From an uncultured Salinicoccus sp. (GTDB lineage: Bacteria; Bacillota; Bacilli; Staphylococcales; Salinicoccaceae), in contig CANLWV010000003.1 in the NCBI GenBank assembly GCA_947494965.1, positions 171,252 to 235,251 on the forward strand: a DNA stretch of 64,000 bases, written 5' to 3'. Position numbers and translations under genes: made by a program. Positions 19,962 through 30,873 of this stretch are shown one piece after another; position 1 is the first letter of the stretch, and the number at the start of each line of letters is the position of its first letter. A model generated the notes under the pieces. That model saw nothing but the letters and a program-made list of their open reading frames with translations. It had not been told where the DNA came from and did not search any database.

Positions 19962-20849
19962 ATGAAGAAATGGAATCTTTTAGTATTGACGCTTGTACTA
20001 TCAATAGTACTTGCTGCTTGTGGCGGTTCAGGCGAAGAGGAATCTGCGGATGAAGAAGGCTCAAGCGACAATGGCAACCTGGGTGAAGAAGAACTTACTC
20101 TGTCTTATGTAGAGTGGGATTCTGAAATTGCTTCTACCCATGTAATGCAGAAAGTATTGCAGGATGAAGGCTATAATGTAGAAATAACGCCTTTGGATAA
20201 CGCTGTAATGTGGCAATCAGTTGCTACCGACGAAGCAGATGCTTCCGTAAGTGCATGGCTACCTCTTACACATGGCGATCTGTATGACGAGTATGAAGAC
20301 CAGATTGAAGACTTAGGTGCTAACCTTGAAGGCGCAGCCATCGGCCTGGTAGTTCCTAAAGATTTCCCAGCTGAGTCCATTGCAGACTTGAGCGACCAAG
20401 CTGATCAGACAATTACAGGCATCGAACCAGGTGCAGGTGTCGTGCAAGCTTCCGAGAGAGCTTTGGAAGATTACGATAACTTGAGTGATTGGGAAGTTCA
20501 GACATCTTCTTCAGGTGCAATGGCTACCGAACTTGGCCAGGCAGTCGAAAATGACGAAGAAATCGTAGTGACAGGGTGGTCACCACACTGGAAATTCCAG
20601 AAATACGACCTTAAATACCTCGAAGACCCTGAAGGCACATTCGGCGAAGCGGAAGACATCGTTACCATCGCAAGCCAAGAGCTCGAAGATAAAAGCCCAC
20701 ATGCCTATGAAGTCCTTGATAACTTCAATTGGACAACAGAAGACATGGAATCAGTAATGCTTGATATAGAAGAGGGCACTTCTCCTGAAGACGCTGCGGC
20801 GAATTGGGTAGAAGATAACGCTGATAAAGTCTCCGAGTGGACTGAATAG
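19962..20849 (+). CDS. opuAC: glycine betaine-binding lipoprotein
   Basis: Lipobox LAACG. OpuAC-type substrate-binding domain with aromatic-box Trp residues. Confidence 0.85.
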   Translation: MKKWNLLVLTLVLSIVLAACGGSGEEESADEEGSSDNGNLGEEELTLSYVEWDSEIASTHVMQKVLQDEGYNVEITPLDNAVMWQSVATDEADASVSAWLPLTHGDLYDEYEDQIEDLGANLEGAAIGLVVPKDFPAESIADLSDQADQTITGIEPGAGVVQASERALEDYDNLSDWEVQTSSSGAMATELGQAVENDEEIVVTGWSPHWKFQKYDLKYLEDPEGTFGEAEDIVTIASQELEDKSPHAYEVLDNFNWTTEDMESVMLDIEEGTSPEDAAANWVEDNADKVSEWTE

Positions 20850-20865
20850 TTTGACCCAGACAATC

Positions 20866-20893
20866 AGGCATCCAAAATTGGATGCCTATTTTT
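20866..20893 (+). terminator. rho-independent terminator
   Basis: aggcatcc / ggatgcct stem plus TTTTTT. Confidence 0.8.
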
Positions 20894-20968
20894 TATATTT
20901 TTGATATTTTGATATCGAGGAAAAATTGCTGGATCAACTGGCAGCCATTCTTCAAAATACACAGTCAA

Positions 20969-21763
20969 TTAGTCATCAACCTCTTTTTTCGAGTAGAAAA
21001 ACAGAACTGTCATTACAACTGCACTGACTACAAATAATACAATAGCCGATACGATGATATAGTTTTCGTCCTTAGGATCACCACCCACAAAAATCTTTGC
21101 TGATAACTCCGGAAGGCTCAAGGCAATAATCAGGAATGTATAGAACCACCGACCCATCACCACTGTCCCGAAGACGAATATACCAAGCAAGAATAACCCT
21201 GCTATCATATTGCTTTTTGATGAAAGCGTCATAAATTCATATATCGGATAACGGTCTGCCAAGTAGAGTCCACCAACTAGAAGTGCCATGTAGATTACCC
21301 CATACAATCCGCATAGGACAATTCCTGCTGTACTTATTTTTTCCGTTTCTAAATCAGTAAAATGGATGAATATGAACTTAATCACCAGATAGAACAGAAA
21401 CGGACCGAATAAGGTCAAGGAAACATAATAGATGAACATAGAAAGAGTATAATCAAAATCTCCTCCGATCAGACTCGGTATAGTGAACATCCCTACTAAA
21501 AAAATAAAGATCAGAAGTATTTTCCTTCTCAAGTGATTAGTCTCTGGTAATTCAATCGAAAGTGTCTTCATATAATTTTTTACAGAACCACCGGTCACGC
21601 TTTCCAGATCTTCTCCATTTTGTTCTGCCAACATCAGATGATCTCTTAACTCTTCTTCCAGATTGTCCCTATATTCATCGTCTTTACCCCGCGCCATCAT
21701 TTCAATGCGGAATTTCTTTAGGAACTTCTCCGATTTTTCACTTAACATTTTCATCTCCCCCAA
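20969..21763 (-). CDS. membrane protein partner of PadR (DUF1129/DUF1700-like)
   Basis: Soluble helical N-terminus followed by about 6 TM segments. Overlaps the stop of the upstream PadR gene. Confidence 0.5.
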   Translation of the reverse strand: MGEMKMLSEKSEKFLKKFRIEMMARGKDDEYRDNLEEELRDHLMLAEQNGEDLESVTGGSVKNYMKTLSIELPETNHLRRKILLIFIFLVGMFTIPSLIGGDFDYTLSMFIYYVSLTLFGPFLFYLVIKFIFIHFTDLETEKISTAGIVLCGLYGVIYMALLVGGLYLADRYPIYEFMTLSSKSNMIAGLFLLGIFVFGTVVMGRWFYTFLIIALSLPELSAKIFVGGDPKDENYIIVSAIVLFVVSAVVMTVLFFYSKKEVDD

Positions 21764-22076
21764 ATAAATTAGACATCCCCTGGTTCAACTTGAACCATTT
21801 ATCCTTAAAACTTCTCAATTCTTCTTTACCGCTGGTGCTGATGCTGTAGTATTTACGTTTCGGACCACCACTGTCCGATTTCACCATGCGTGTTTCAACA
21901 TAACCCTTTTTGCTTAACCTCAAGAGCACAGGGTATATACTTCCCTCACTGATATCAGGAAATGCCTTTTCTTTAAGTTTCTCAGCTATTTGATACCCGT
22001 AAGTTTCATCTTCAGCAATTAAAGCAAGAATTGCACCATCCAGCAGCCCTTTCATAATCTGATCTGAAACTGACAT
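21738..22076 (-). CDS. PadR-family transcriptional regulator
   Basis: 112 aa with the PadR wHTH (YGYQIAEKL...GSIYPVLLRLSKKGYV). Confidence 0.85.
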   Translation of the reverse strand: MSVSDQIMKGLLDGAILALIAEDETYGYQIAEKLKEKAFPDISEGSIYPVLLRLSKKGYVETRMVKSDSGGPKRKYYSISTSGKEELRSFKDKWFKLNQGMSNLFGGDENVK

Positions 22077-22089
22077 CTTTTTCTCCCTT

Positions 22090-22131
22090 CAACTATCTTA
22101 TAATATAATATAGTTCTATAAAAGATAGTTG
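22090..22131. promoter_or_regulatory. 10-bp perfect inverted repeat over the padR promoter region
   Basis: caactatctt (22090-22099) and aagatagttg (22122-22131) bracket an AT-rich TATAAT-like stretch just upstream of padR. Confidence 0.4.
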
Positions 22132-22295
22132 TCAAATGTTAAAATATAATTGGATTTTTAAGCTTATGTCATGCATAATAATTCATTATTTTGAAAATTT
22201 TATGGTTCAGGGATATAATTATAGAATTAACAGTTTCAGACTTTAAAACCATAACTAACATATTCTAAAAATTTATATAGATGAGGACGTTTAAC

Positions 22296-22757
22296 ATGAG
22301 TGTAATTTCATTGGAAAATATTCAACCGGATGACAAGATCATAAGCGGAAAAATAAAATTGAAGGACCATCAGTTATCTTTTATAGAAACAATTGATGAG
22401 TGCCTTGAAGAAGCGAGGGAATGTAGTGCATGGCGGCCTGTCGCCATCTATGCAGACGATGTACTGGTCGGGTTTGCCATGTACGGTTTTGTGGGGGACC
22501 CAAAGGAAGCTTGGATAGACAGGATCATGATAGATTCAGCCCAACAAGGTAAAGGGTTGGGACAAAAGGCCATGATGCATTTAATCGACGTTGTTACAAA
22601 AACATATGATGTCGGGGAAATTTATCTCAGTTTTGTCGAAGGCAACGATGTCGCCAAAGAACTATATGAAAAACTCGGGTTTAAATTTACTGGCAAGCGT
22701 GACCCGCAAGGAGAGCTGATTTATAGATACGAAGTGGGTCAGCCATACAGCCAGTAA
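22296..22757 (+). CDS. GNAT-family N-acetyltransferase
   Basis: Start moved to MSVISLEN (GAGGA 7 nt upstream). Acetyl-CoA motif QQGKGLGQKAM. Confidence 0.7.
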   Translation: MSVISLENIQPDDKIISGKIKLKDHQLSFIETIDECLEEARECSAWRPVAIYADDVLVGFAMYGFVGDPKEAWIDRIMIDSAQQGKGLGQKAMMHLIDVVTKTYDVGEIYLSFVEGNDVAKELYEKLGFKFTGKRDPQGELIYRYEVGQPYSQ

Positions 22758-22811
22758 GCGCAACTCACCAGGATTGTGATTGTGAAGAAGTATGGAAGGA
22801 AGTGAATATAC

Positions 22812-23936
22812 ATGGAACAATCCAGAGTCGATTTCTTGTATTTGAATGAACAGGATATGATTGATGCGGGTGTACTCAACATGCACGAATGCATCAAGGA
22901 GATGGAGGCGGTCTTTCGTCTATTGAGTAGTGGAGACTATGTCATGGGTGGCGCCAATGATAACTCCCACGGCATGTTGATTGACTTTCCGACCAATCCA
23001 GTACATGAGAGCATGCCAAAAGACGGTCCAGATAGGAGATTCATGGCAATGCCAGCATATTTGGGTGGGGACTACAAAGTAACCGGCTGTAAGTGGTACG
23101 GTTCGAACATCGCCAATGTAGATAAAGGACTCCCACGTTCCATATTGATGATGACCTTGAATGATGCTGATACAGGGGCGCCCCTGGCCTACCAATCCGC
23201 CAATCTGCTAAGCGCCTGGAGGACCGGAGCAATTCCCGGAGTAGGTGCGAAGTATTTGGCAAATCCTGATTCTGAAATTTTCGGGGTGGTCGGGGCAGGA
23301 TCAATCGGCACTTCTAGTGCAGAAGCCATATTGGATGTATGTGAGAACATAAAAACAGTCAAAATATTTGATGCCCGTGAATCTACTGCACAAACATTGA
23401 AGGATAGGCTGAGCAAAGAGTTTACCAGTCTTGATATCCAGATTATAAATACTCTTGAAGATGCCATCAAAGAAAGTGATGTCATAAATTTAGCGACAGC
23501 CGGGGATGCAAATCCCACAATTGAAAAAGAATGGATCAAGCCGGGTGCATTATTCACCGTCTCATCAAGCGGCGACTTCGATCCCGAATTTGCGATTGAG
23601 AAGATGAAACTGATCGTCGATAATTGGGCCATGTATGAAGCGACAATAGACGAAGACCATTATCCTTACTATAATCCTACAATGGGTGTAATCGGCAGAC
23701 AGCTTCTGGATTGGATTGAGGAAGAAAAAATGGATTCTAGCATCATCACCAACATTGGAGATATAATCACCGGAAAAGTCGAAGGTCGGACATCTAAGGA
23801 CGATATCATCCTATACGGCTTAGGCGGGCAGCCAGTCTATGATGTGGCATGGGGTTATAGAGTCTATCAGAATGCTTTGGAAAAAGGCATAGGAACAAAG
23901 TTGAACCTTTGGGATAAAGCTTATCAGGCAAGGTAA
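22812..23936 (+). CDS. ornithine cyclodeaminase/mu-crystallin-family NAD(P) enzyme
   Basis: 374 aa with central Rossmann GVVGAGSIG and overall OCD_Mu_crystallin-like layout. Confidence 0.65.
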   Translation: MEQSRVDFLYLNEQDMIDAGVLNMHECIKEMEAVFRLLSSGDYVMGGANDNSHGMLIDFPTNPVHESMPKDGPDRRFMAMPAYLGGDYKVTGCKWYGSNIANVDKGLPRSILMMTLNDADTGAPLAYQSANLLSAWRTGAIPGVGAKYLANPDSEIFGVVGAGSIGTSSAEAILDVCENIKTVKIFDARESTAQTLKDRLSKEFTSLDIQIINTLEDAIKESDVINLATAGDANPTIEKEWIKPGALFTVSSSGDFDPEFAIEKMKLIVDNWAMYEATIDEDHYPYYNPTMGVIGRQLLDWIEEEKMDSSIITNIGDIITGKVEGRTSKDDIILYGLGGQPVYDVAWGYRVYQNALEKGIGTKLNLWDKAYQAR

Positions 23937-23964
23937 CCGTATAGTATTTCCGATACTCAAATAT

Positions 23965-23995
23965 AAAAGTCGTATCCATCATGGATACGACTTTT
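23965..23995. terminator. bidirectional terminator
   Basis: aaaagtcgtatccat / atggatacgactttt between convergent genes. Confidence 0.75.
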
Positions 23996-24035
23996 ATTTG
24001 CTCCTTAGATATTTAAATGTTTTTCCAGTCTGCTT

Positions 24036-25238
24036 TTAGGCAGTCACCTGACCTTTCTTCCCTGAAGCAGTTCCTACAATCAATATGATGACCGCCAAAG
24101 CGATCAGGAGGGTGAGGGGCAGTGTCCAACCACCTGTTATATCATGCAAGGCACCAACCAGCACCGGGCCGACCGCAGCAAGTAGATAACCGAATGATTG
24201 AGCCATTCCTGACAATGTTGCAGCCTCTTTACCATCTTTCGTCCTCAGAGTGAAGAACATCATGGATAAGCTGAAGGCACTCCCTGCTGCCACTCCGATC
24301 AGGATTGCCCATAGCGGCACAAGCAATGCACTGCCTTGGAGCAATCCGGCTAAGCCGGTAATGAACAGAGCGCCCGTCATGAAACTCAACGCAACCTGAT
24401 TCTTCATCTTCTCCGCTACTACTGGCACAACAAAAGTAACAGGGATGATGGCAAACTGCATCAGGAAGACCATCCAGCCGGCTGCATTGGAATCATAGCC
24501 ATTCTGCTGCAGAATATCCGGCAACCAAGTGACCAATGTATAGAAAATCAACGATTGACTCCCCATGAATATCGTAATCTTCCATGCTAGCGGAGAGCGC
24601 AGTAAACTACTATCCTTATCTTTCTTGACGCCCGCTTGCCTATCTTCTTTTTCTTTAAGTTGGGGCAACCAGACCAGTAGTGATACTGCAGCCAGTATGA
24701 GCCACATGCCCAAGGAACCTTGCCACCCGAAATTTCTCATTGAGGCAAGTGGGGCACTGACTCCTGAGCCAAGCGCTCCGAACACATTCATGAAGATGGC
24801 ATAGATACCCATCATCAAACCGATTTTATATGGAAACTTCACTTTTATGATGCCAGGTATCAGTACATTTCCTACTGATATTGCCAGGCCTATGAAGAAA
24901 GTGCCCAAGAAAAGAAAATTGATTCCTGAAATCGAGCGGACTGCAATTCCTGCAATAAGTATAACTAGCGATAAGGCGACAGTCCGCTCCATACCAATCC
25001 GATTGGCGATTTTAGGGGCGATCGGGGAGAGGAGGGCGAATGCCAACAGCGGTAATGTGGTGATGGCGCCGGCGACCGCATTGCTGATTGCAAGATCTTC
25101 CCTGATGAATGGGATCAGAACTCCCACCGAGGTCAGAGGCCCCCTTAAATTGGCTCCCACCAGAATAATTCCTATGACCAGCAGCCAATTACGCTTTGAA
25201 CCAAATTTTGATCCATATGATCTTCCGTTCCTATCCAT
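24036..25238 (-). CDS. MFS transporter (CynX/YycB-like)
   Basis: 400 aa with about 12 TM segments. Co-directional with and 4 nt from the upstream GntR regulator. Confidence 0.75.
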   Translation of the reverse strand: MDRNGRSYGSKFGSKRNWLLVIGIILVGANLRGPLTSVGVLIPFIREDLAISNAVAGAITTLPLLAFALLSPIAPKIANRIGMERTVALSLVILIAGIAVRSISGINFLFLGTFFIGLAISVGNVLIPGIIKVKFPYKIGLMMGIYAIFMNVFGALGSGVSAPLASMRNFGWQGSLGMWLILAAVSLLVWLPQLKEKEDRQAGVKKDKDSSLLRSPLAWKITIFMGSQSLIFYTLVTWLPDILQQNGYDSNAAGWMVFLMQFAIIPVTFVVPVVAEKMKNQVALSFMTGALFITGLAGLLQGSALLVPLWAILIGVAAGSAFSLSMMFFTLRTKDGKEAATLSGMAQSFGYLLAAVGPVLVGALHDITGGWTLPLTLLIALAVIILIVGTASGKKGQVTA

Positions 25239-25242
25239 GCAA

Positions 25243-25932
25243 TTATTCCTCCATCATTTCAGCGGCGTCTTTTTTCAGTGCGCCGATGTACTCTTCGACA
25301 TACACTGAAGCTGCCCTTTTGTCTTTATTCTGTATTGCTGCAAATAAATCAAGATGCAGTTCTTCTTCATATTTTAATGGTGTCTTTAAATCCATCAGTG
25401 CTTCTATCGATTCCGAAATGTTTTCTAGGAGCGGTTCATATAGATCAATCAACAATTGATTATCAGAGGCCTGGACTACAGTCTGATGAAAGCGTGTATC
25501 CATTGCGACGAACTTTTTACGATCTTTATCCCGTACCGCTTGTCGGCAAGCCTCAATACATTGTTCAAGTGTTGCCAAATCTGTCTCATTCCTATGCCTG
25601 GCTGCCAATTGTGCAGCCTGCTGCTCCAGAGCCAAACGAACATCAAGCGTATCCAGTAAAGCTGATTTTTTGATGTAGCGCTTTAAAGTCGCGCTGAGCG
25701 CATTTGCAGAACGGACGACGGTGCCGCTGCCTTGCCTGGATTCAAGTAACCCTGCATGGACTAAAGCACGTATCGCTTCACGCAATGTGTTTCGACTGAC
25801 ATCAAACTCTTTCATCAACTCCATCTCCGGCGGTATTTTTTCATCTACTGGCCACACGCCAGACACTATCAGATCTTCCATCTGTATGGCCACTTGTTCT
25901 ACCAGATGAACACGGTTCGTTTTATGTATCAT
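25243..25932 (-). CDS. GntR/FadR-family transcriptional regulator
   Basis: N-terminal GntR wHTH (EMELMKEFDVSRNTLREAIRAL) and a C-terminal FCD domain. Confidence 0.85.
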   Translation of the reverse strand: MIHKTNRVHLVEQVAIQMEDLIVSGVWPVDEKIPPEMELMKEFDVSRNTLREAIRALVHAGLLESRQGSGTVVRSANALSATLKRYIKKSALLDTLDVRLALEQQAAQLAARHRNETDLATLEQCIEACRQAVRDKDRKKFVAMDTRFHQTVVQASDNQLLIDLYEPLLENISESIEALMDLKTPLKYEEELHLDLFAAIQNKDKRAASVYVEEYIGALKKDAAEMMEE

Positions 25933-26082
25933 ATTTTTCTCCTTAAATTTGTAGGATGATTGGTATAGTGGTCATATTATCATGCCTCATAATTACTCGC
26001 AATGCGATTTATATAGCCATAATATTCAGTCAAAAAAATACCCGACATGCCTAATGAGACATGCCAGGATAAAGATTTTTCA

Positions 26083-26973
26083 TCAATTTATTTTTTTCGT
26101 GAATGACTTAGGTATCTCCGACTCAAATCGCATGGTTTCTTTAGTTGTCGGATGGATGAAAGTCATCGCATGCGCATGCAATCCAATCCTGCCGATTGGA
26201 TTGATTCTTGAACCGTATTTCTTATCCCCCACGATAGGGTGCCCAATGTCTTGCATATGCACGCGGATCTGGTTTTTACGCCCAGTCTCCAGATTCACCT
26301 GCAGCAATGTAAAATTGCGATTGGACTTCACTATTTTATAATGAGTGACTGCCTTTTTTCCTTCATTCGGATTTTTACTCGAGCGCATGATCAATGCCTT
26401 ATTCTCAGTCAGCCATGATGTGATCGTGCCGTTCTCCTTCACTTTTCCTTCGACCAGCGCAATGTACATCCGTTCCGGCACAGCCTCTTTCCATGCATTC
26501 TGCAGCTTCTGCTGAATGTATTTGCTTTTCGCAAATATCATGATGCCGGAGGTCTCACGATCCAAACGATGAACAACAAATATCCGATTCTTGGGATTGA
26601 CCTCCTTCAGGTAACTTGCCAATTGACGATACGCGGTCATCTGATTCTCTTTATCTGATGCAATAGAAAGAATCCCTGCCTCCTTTTCGATTACGACAAT
26701 GTCATCATCTTCATGCAGAATCTTGATGCCTTTGATCTTTACATTCTTCGACGCTATCTTGGGAAGAATTTTAACATGATCGCCTGGCTTCAGTGCCTCG
26801 TTGAACTGCGTTGTACCTTCTCCATTGACGAAGACCTGACCATGACTCAAATGATCCTTCACTGATTTCCTGCTGCGGGAGGGCATAGCTGCAAACAAAA
26901 ACTTCAGAAGCTCTGATGGTTCTTCAACAATCCATTCCAGATCTCCTTGCTTCCGATTATCTCTCCGTTTCAT
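26083..26973 (-). CDS. RluA-family pseudouridine synthase with S4 domain
   Basis: Catalytic motif HRLDRETSGIMIFAK, with a KNQIRVH motif near the C-terminus. Confidence 0.85.
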   Translation of the reverse strand: MKRRDNRKQGDLEWIVEEPSELLKFLFAAMPSRSRKSVKDHLSHGQVFVNGEGTTQFNEALKPGDHVKILPKIASKNVKIKGIKILHEDDDIVVIEKEAGILSIASDKENQMTAYRQLASYLKEVNPKNRIFVVHRLDRETSGIMIFAKSKYIQQKLQNAWKEAVPERMYIALVEGKVKENGTITSWLTENKALIMRSSKNPNEGKKAVTHYKIVKSNRNFTLLQVNLETGRKNQIRVHMQDIGHPIVGDKKYGSRINPIGRIGLHAHAMTFIHPTTKETMRFESEIPKSFTKKIN

Positions 26974-27278
26974 TATAAATCTCCTTTATTTCACCATAAT
27001 TTTAAGCTATTCTCGTTTATTTCATGATTCTTCCGGGCAGAAGCCTAAAATATTTTACATCTCATACTACTATACTATCAATTTTGCATGATGTATTGTG
27101 CTTCTATCATATGATAATCATTTTTAACTTAAATTTACATTATGCTTGTATATAGTCATTTATCTCTATTGAACTAAATAATTATTGTAATAATCCATAA
27201 TTCATACTTTTTCGACCAATTTTAGTTTGAAAATTATAATATCCAATGTTTAAATTTATAATATTGAGGAGGATAACA

Positions 27279-28769
27279 ATGGCAAATCAAAATACTAACG
27301 TTCCAGATAAAGGTTTCTTTGGTCATCCAAAAGGCCTATCTACGCTATTCTTTACTGAATTTTGGGAAAGGTTCAGCTACTATGGCATGAAGGCCATACT
27401 GGCCTACTATATTTATTATTCTGTCACTAAAGGCGGCTTTGGACTCGATCAGAGCACAGCACTGCAGATTGTTTCCATATATGGTGCTTTAATATATATG
27501 ACCGGCACCATCGGCGGCTGGGTGGCTGACAGGATCACCGGTACGCGAAACGCCTTATTCTATGGCGGGGTCCTGATTATGATCGGACATATTCTAATGG
27601 CAATACCAGGCAACTTCACGCTTCTGATGGTTGCCCTGCTGTTCATTATAATCGGGTCAGGGTTATTGAAGCCAAACATAAGTACAACAGTAGGCATGCT
27701 ATATGAAAAGAATGATTCCCGCATCGATTCAGGGTTCACACTCTTCTATATGTCCATCAACATGGGCGCGCTCATCTCTCCATTGATTATAGGGTGGTTG
27801 CAGGTGAACGTTGGGTTCCATGCAGGGTTTGCTGCAGCAGCAATCGGTATGTTCATAGGGCTCGTCATCTATGTCCTCACCGGTAATAAATTCCTTGGAG
27901 ACTTGGGTAAAGACGTGCCTGATCCATTGAGTAAAAGCGATAAACTCAATGCTCTGAAATATTTGACTATAGCTGCAATCATCATTGCAGCGCTCGTCAT
28001 CATTGCGTATTTGACTGATGAACTTAAAATAAGCAATTTTTCCAATGTAATCACTCTGATCGGTGTCCTATTGCCGACTATATACATTATTGTAATCTTA
28101 AAAAGTAAAAAGGTTGAAAAAAGTGAAAAGCGTAATGTATTTGCGTACATACCTCTCTTCATTGCTTCGGTCGCCTTTTGGATGATCCAGGAACAAGGTT
28201 CAACGATTCTGGCCCAATTCTCCGATAAGAAGACGGAGTTGAGCATGGCCAACTTGACTAACGGATTGATAGATTTTCATATTCCAGCTGCTTGGTTCCA
28301 ATCACTGAACCCAATGTTCATCCTTATATTTGCACCGATCTTTTCACTGCTTTGGGTTAAATTGGGCAGATTCAACCCTTCAACCGTAATCAAGTTCGCC
28401 TTAGGCGTCATATTGGCGGCAGCAGCGTACCTTCTGATGATAATACCGTTGACGGGCGGACAGGAACTGATCAACCCGATATGGCTCGTCCTGAGCTTTA
28501 TGCTCATCACACTCGGGGAATTGTGCATCTCACCTATCGGGCTCTCTACAACGACCAGACTTGCTCCTAAGGCATTCACTTCACAGATGATGAGCGTATG
28601 GTTCCTATCGAACGCCATGGCTCAGGGGCTCAACGCGCAGATGGTGAAAATCTACAGCATCATCAGTACAGAAGATTACTTCCTATATTCTGGCCTTACT
28701 GCTCTAGGTATCGGGGTGCTCCTAATACTTGTAAGTCCAAAACTTAAGAACTTGATGAGTGAAACTTAA
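27279..28769 (+). CDS. dtpT: POT/PTR2-family di-/tripeptide permease
   Basis: Start at MANQNTNV (GAGGAGGA RBS). PTR2 signature FTEFWERFSYYGM; polytopic. Confidence 0.85.
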   Translation: MANQNTNVPDKGFFGHPKGLSTLFFTEFWERFSYYGMKAILAYYIYYSVTKGGFGLDQSTALQIVSIYGALIYMTGTIGGWVADRITGTRNALFYGGVLIMIGHILMAIPGNFTLLMVALLFIIIGSGLLKPNISTTVGMLYEKNDSRIDSGFTLFYMSINMGALISPLIIGWLQVNVGFHAGFAAAAIGMFIGLVIYVLTGNKFLGDLGKDVPDPLSKSDKLNALKYLTIAAIIIAALVIIAYLTDELKISNFSNVITLIGVLLPTIYIIVILKSKKVEKSEKRNVFAYIPLFIASVAFWMIQEQGSTILAQFSDKKTELSMANLTNGLIDFHIPAAWFQSLNPMFILIFAPIFSLLWVKLGRFNPSTVIKFALGVILAAAAYLLMIIPLTGGQELINPIWLVLSFMLITLGELCISPIGLSTTTRLAPKAFTSQMMSVWFLSNAMAQGLNAQMVKIYSIISTEDYFLYSGLTALGIGVLLILVSPKLKNLMSET

Positions 28770-28826
28770 ATAATTCATATCAAAACAACCTATGAATATC
28801 GGACTTCTATACGGAGTCCTACTCAA

Positions 28827-28856
28827 AATACCCGCATGTAAAGGATGCGGGTATTT
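28827..28856 (+). terminator. rho-independent terminator
   Basis: aaatacccgcat / atgcgggtattt stem. Confidence 0.7.
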
Positions 28857-29117
28857 CCTTATATATAACGGCGATCGCACTAGCGTTATGCACATTTTAA
28901 TACCATTTTTAGATATCAATTAACACTGCTATTAAAGCGTTTTAAAGGGATTGGCCATAAGTAACAGCGTTATCAAATACAGTTCCATAATATGCAGATA
29001 ACGCCCTTGTATCGCACAGTTTCCACTGTTGTAACCAACCCCATTCCTGTTTCAGATCGCCTAGTAACGGGTAAAATCATAGAGAGTAGAAACATCATCC
29101 AAGGAGTTGGTTTAACG

Positions 29118-29474
29118 ATGATGAAGATTGAAGACAGTCGTTACCCGAATATTGTATATATCGAAATGGATGGCGAACTGACGCAAAATGACGTAGAAAA
29201 TGCGGAAGCATTTATGGATGGTAAGTATGGGGATGATAAAAGACTCAGTGGCCTCATCTATATAAAGGATGTGGAAGGAACAGACGCAGATGCCTTCCTG
29301 AGTGGGGGTGCTGTAGACCTTAAACATTGGAAGCAATATGAAAAGTTTGCCTTCGTATCCAACCAGTCGTGGGTGGATATGGGATCAAGCGTGGTCGATT
29401 GGCTTCCCGGCATAGAAGTTCAGCACTTCGATAAGGCTGAAATCAATAAGGCCTGGGAATGGCTACAAAAATAA
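29118..29474 (+). CDS. STAS/SpoIIAA-like (DUF3478-type) small protein
   Basis: Start at MMKIED (AAGGAG RBS). 118 aa. The family assignment is by resemblance only. Confidence 0.45.
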   Translation: MMKIEDSRYPNIVYIEMDGELTQNDVENAEAFMDGKYGDDKRLSGLIYIKDVEGTDADAFLSGGAVDLKHWKQYEKFAFVSNQSWVDMGSSVVDWLPGIEVQHFDKAEINKAWEWLQK

Positions 29475-29670
29475 AATATTAAAATCATTACTGCGTGTAA
29501 TCTTGCGGATTAAGCAGATGGGAAGAGTGCCTAAATCTTCCCATCTGCTTTTTTGTTCGGGCAGAGTAGATCTGCCGACTAGATGGCAGTTACTTTATAC
29601 AAGCAATATTAATGTATTTTCCCATAAAATATGTATACTGATATGAAGAATATTTAGAGGCGGAGATATA

Positions 29671-30717
29671 ATGAAACAATTCTACAGCGATGTCTTCCAA
29701 TATAGAGGCACACATTATGATTTTGGCTACTATCAGGGCGTACAGCTCAGAGACTCCCTGATACTTCCAAATCGTGAAAAACAGTGGGGGCCTAAAAAAG
29801 ATCGGCATTTCCTCATCAACCCGGAAAAATTCATATCCATCATCTCACAATTCTCGCCGGCCATCCTTGATGAAATCTATGGTCTCGCAGATGCCCTCGA
29901 CACGGAGATGGAAGAAGCATTCCGGTTATTTGGCGGCTATTATCTGGAATACGTCAGGAGTGGATGCTCGATATTCACTGATAGCGACTTCATGGTCCGC
30001 AACTACGACAGCCACCCGCGTGGGTATGAAGGCCGTTATCTATTCTATGCCCCAACAGATCATGGATACGCTACAATCGGCCCATCCATGCAGATTACTG
30101 GACGTATAGATGGTATGAATGAGAAGGGGCTTGTGATGGGATACAACTTCACCCACAGTAAAAATTCAGATGATGGCTTCCTATGTAATATGATCGGCCG
30201 TCTGATATTGGAAACATGCGCAAATGTGGATGAGGCTGTCGCACTATTGAAAGAGATACCCCACCGGCAGTCGTTCAGTTATGTAGTTCTGGATCCGGAG
30301 GGCGTTTCCTATGTCATTGAAGCCTCTCCGAGAAAAGTCGTGGCCAGAAGGTCAAATGTATGTACAAACCATTTCCATCTCCTTGATGAAGAGAACCGCT
30401 ACCGCCAGGAAGAAACACGCCAGCGCGAGCAGACGATACAGGAACAGCAGCAATATTCCACGAATCCCTACGAAGCTTTCAAGGTTATGAACAATCCCGA
30501 ACATGGCGTATTTTCAAATAAATATGACGCCTCTGCAGGCACTATCCACACATCGGTTTATTTCCCTAAAGCATCAAAAGCATGGTTCGTCATCGGACCG
30601 GACAAAAAACCTGTCATCTTTGATTTTAAGAAATGGCTCGAAGGTACAGATGTCAACGTGAAACAGATTAAAGGTACTCTTGACTATCATCGTCCGTTCG
30701 TCAATATGGGGTTATAG
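29671..30717 (+). CDS. C45-family peptidase / acyl-CoA:6-APA acyltransferase-like Ntn hydrolase
   Basis: 348 aa with a candidate nucleophile in RSGCSIFTD and overall C45-like size. Confidence 0.55.
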   Translation: MKQFYSDVFQYRGTHYDFGYYQGVQLRDSLILPNREKQWGPKKDRHFLINPEKFISIISQFSPAILDEIYGLADALDTEMEEAFRLFGGYYLEYVRSGCSIFTDSDFMVRNYDSHPRGYEGRYLFYAPTDHGYATIGPSMQITGRIDGMNEKGLVMGYNFTHSKNSDDGFLCNMIGRLILETCANVDEAVALLKEIPHRQSFSYVVLDPEGVSYVIEASPRKVVARRSNVCTNHFHLLDEENRYRQEETRQREQTIQEQQQYSTNPYEAFKVMNNPEHGVFSNKYDASAGTIHTSVYFPKASKAWFVIGPDKKPVIFDFKKWLEGTDVNVKQIKGTLDYHRPFVNMGL

Positions 30718-30743
30718 AACTGTTAATTTTAAATATCGGTTTT

Positions 30744-30778
30744 AAAAAGCTGGAGATATGCTTGTCTCCAGCTTTTTT
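30744..30778. terminator. bidirectional terminator
   Basis: aaaaagctggaga / tctccagctttttt. Confidence 0.8.
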
Positions 30779-30873
30779 ATGTACAATGAAAACCATCTCA
30801 TAAGCTAAGGTATCAACCTGCTTAAGAGATGGTTTTTCTATTGCATATTCATATTTTCAGCTGAACTACGCCT

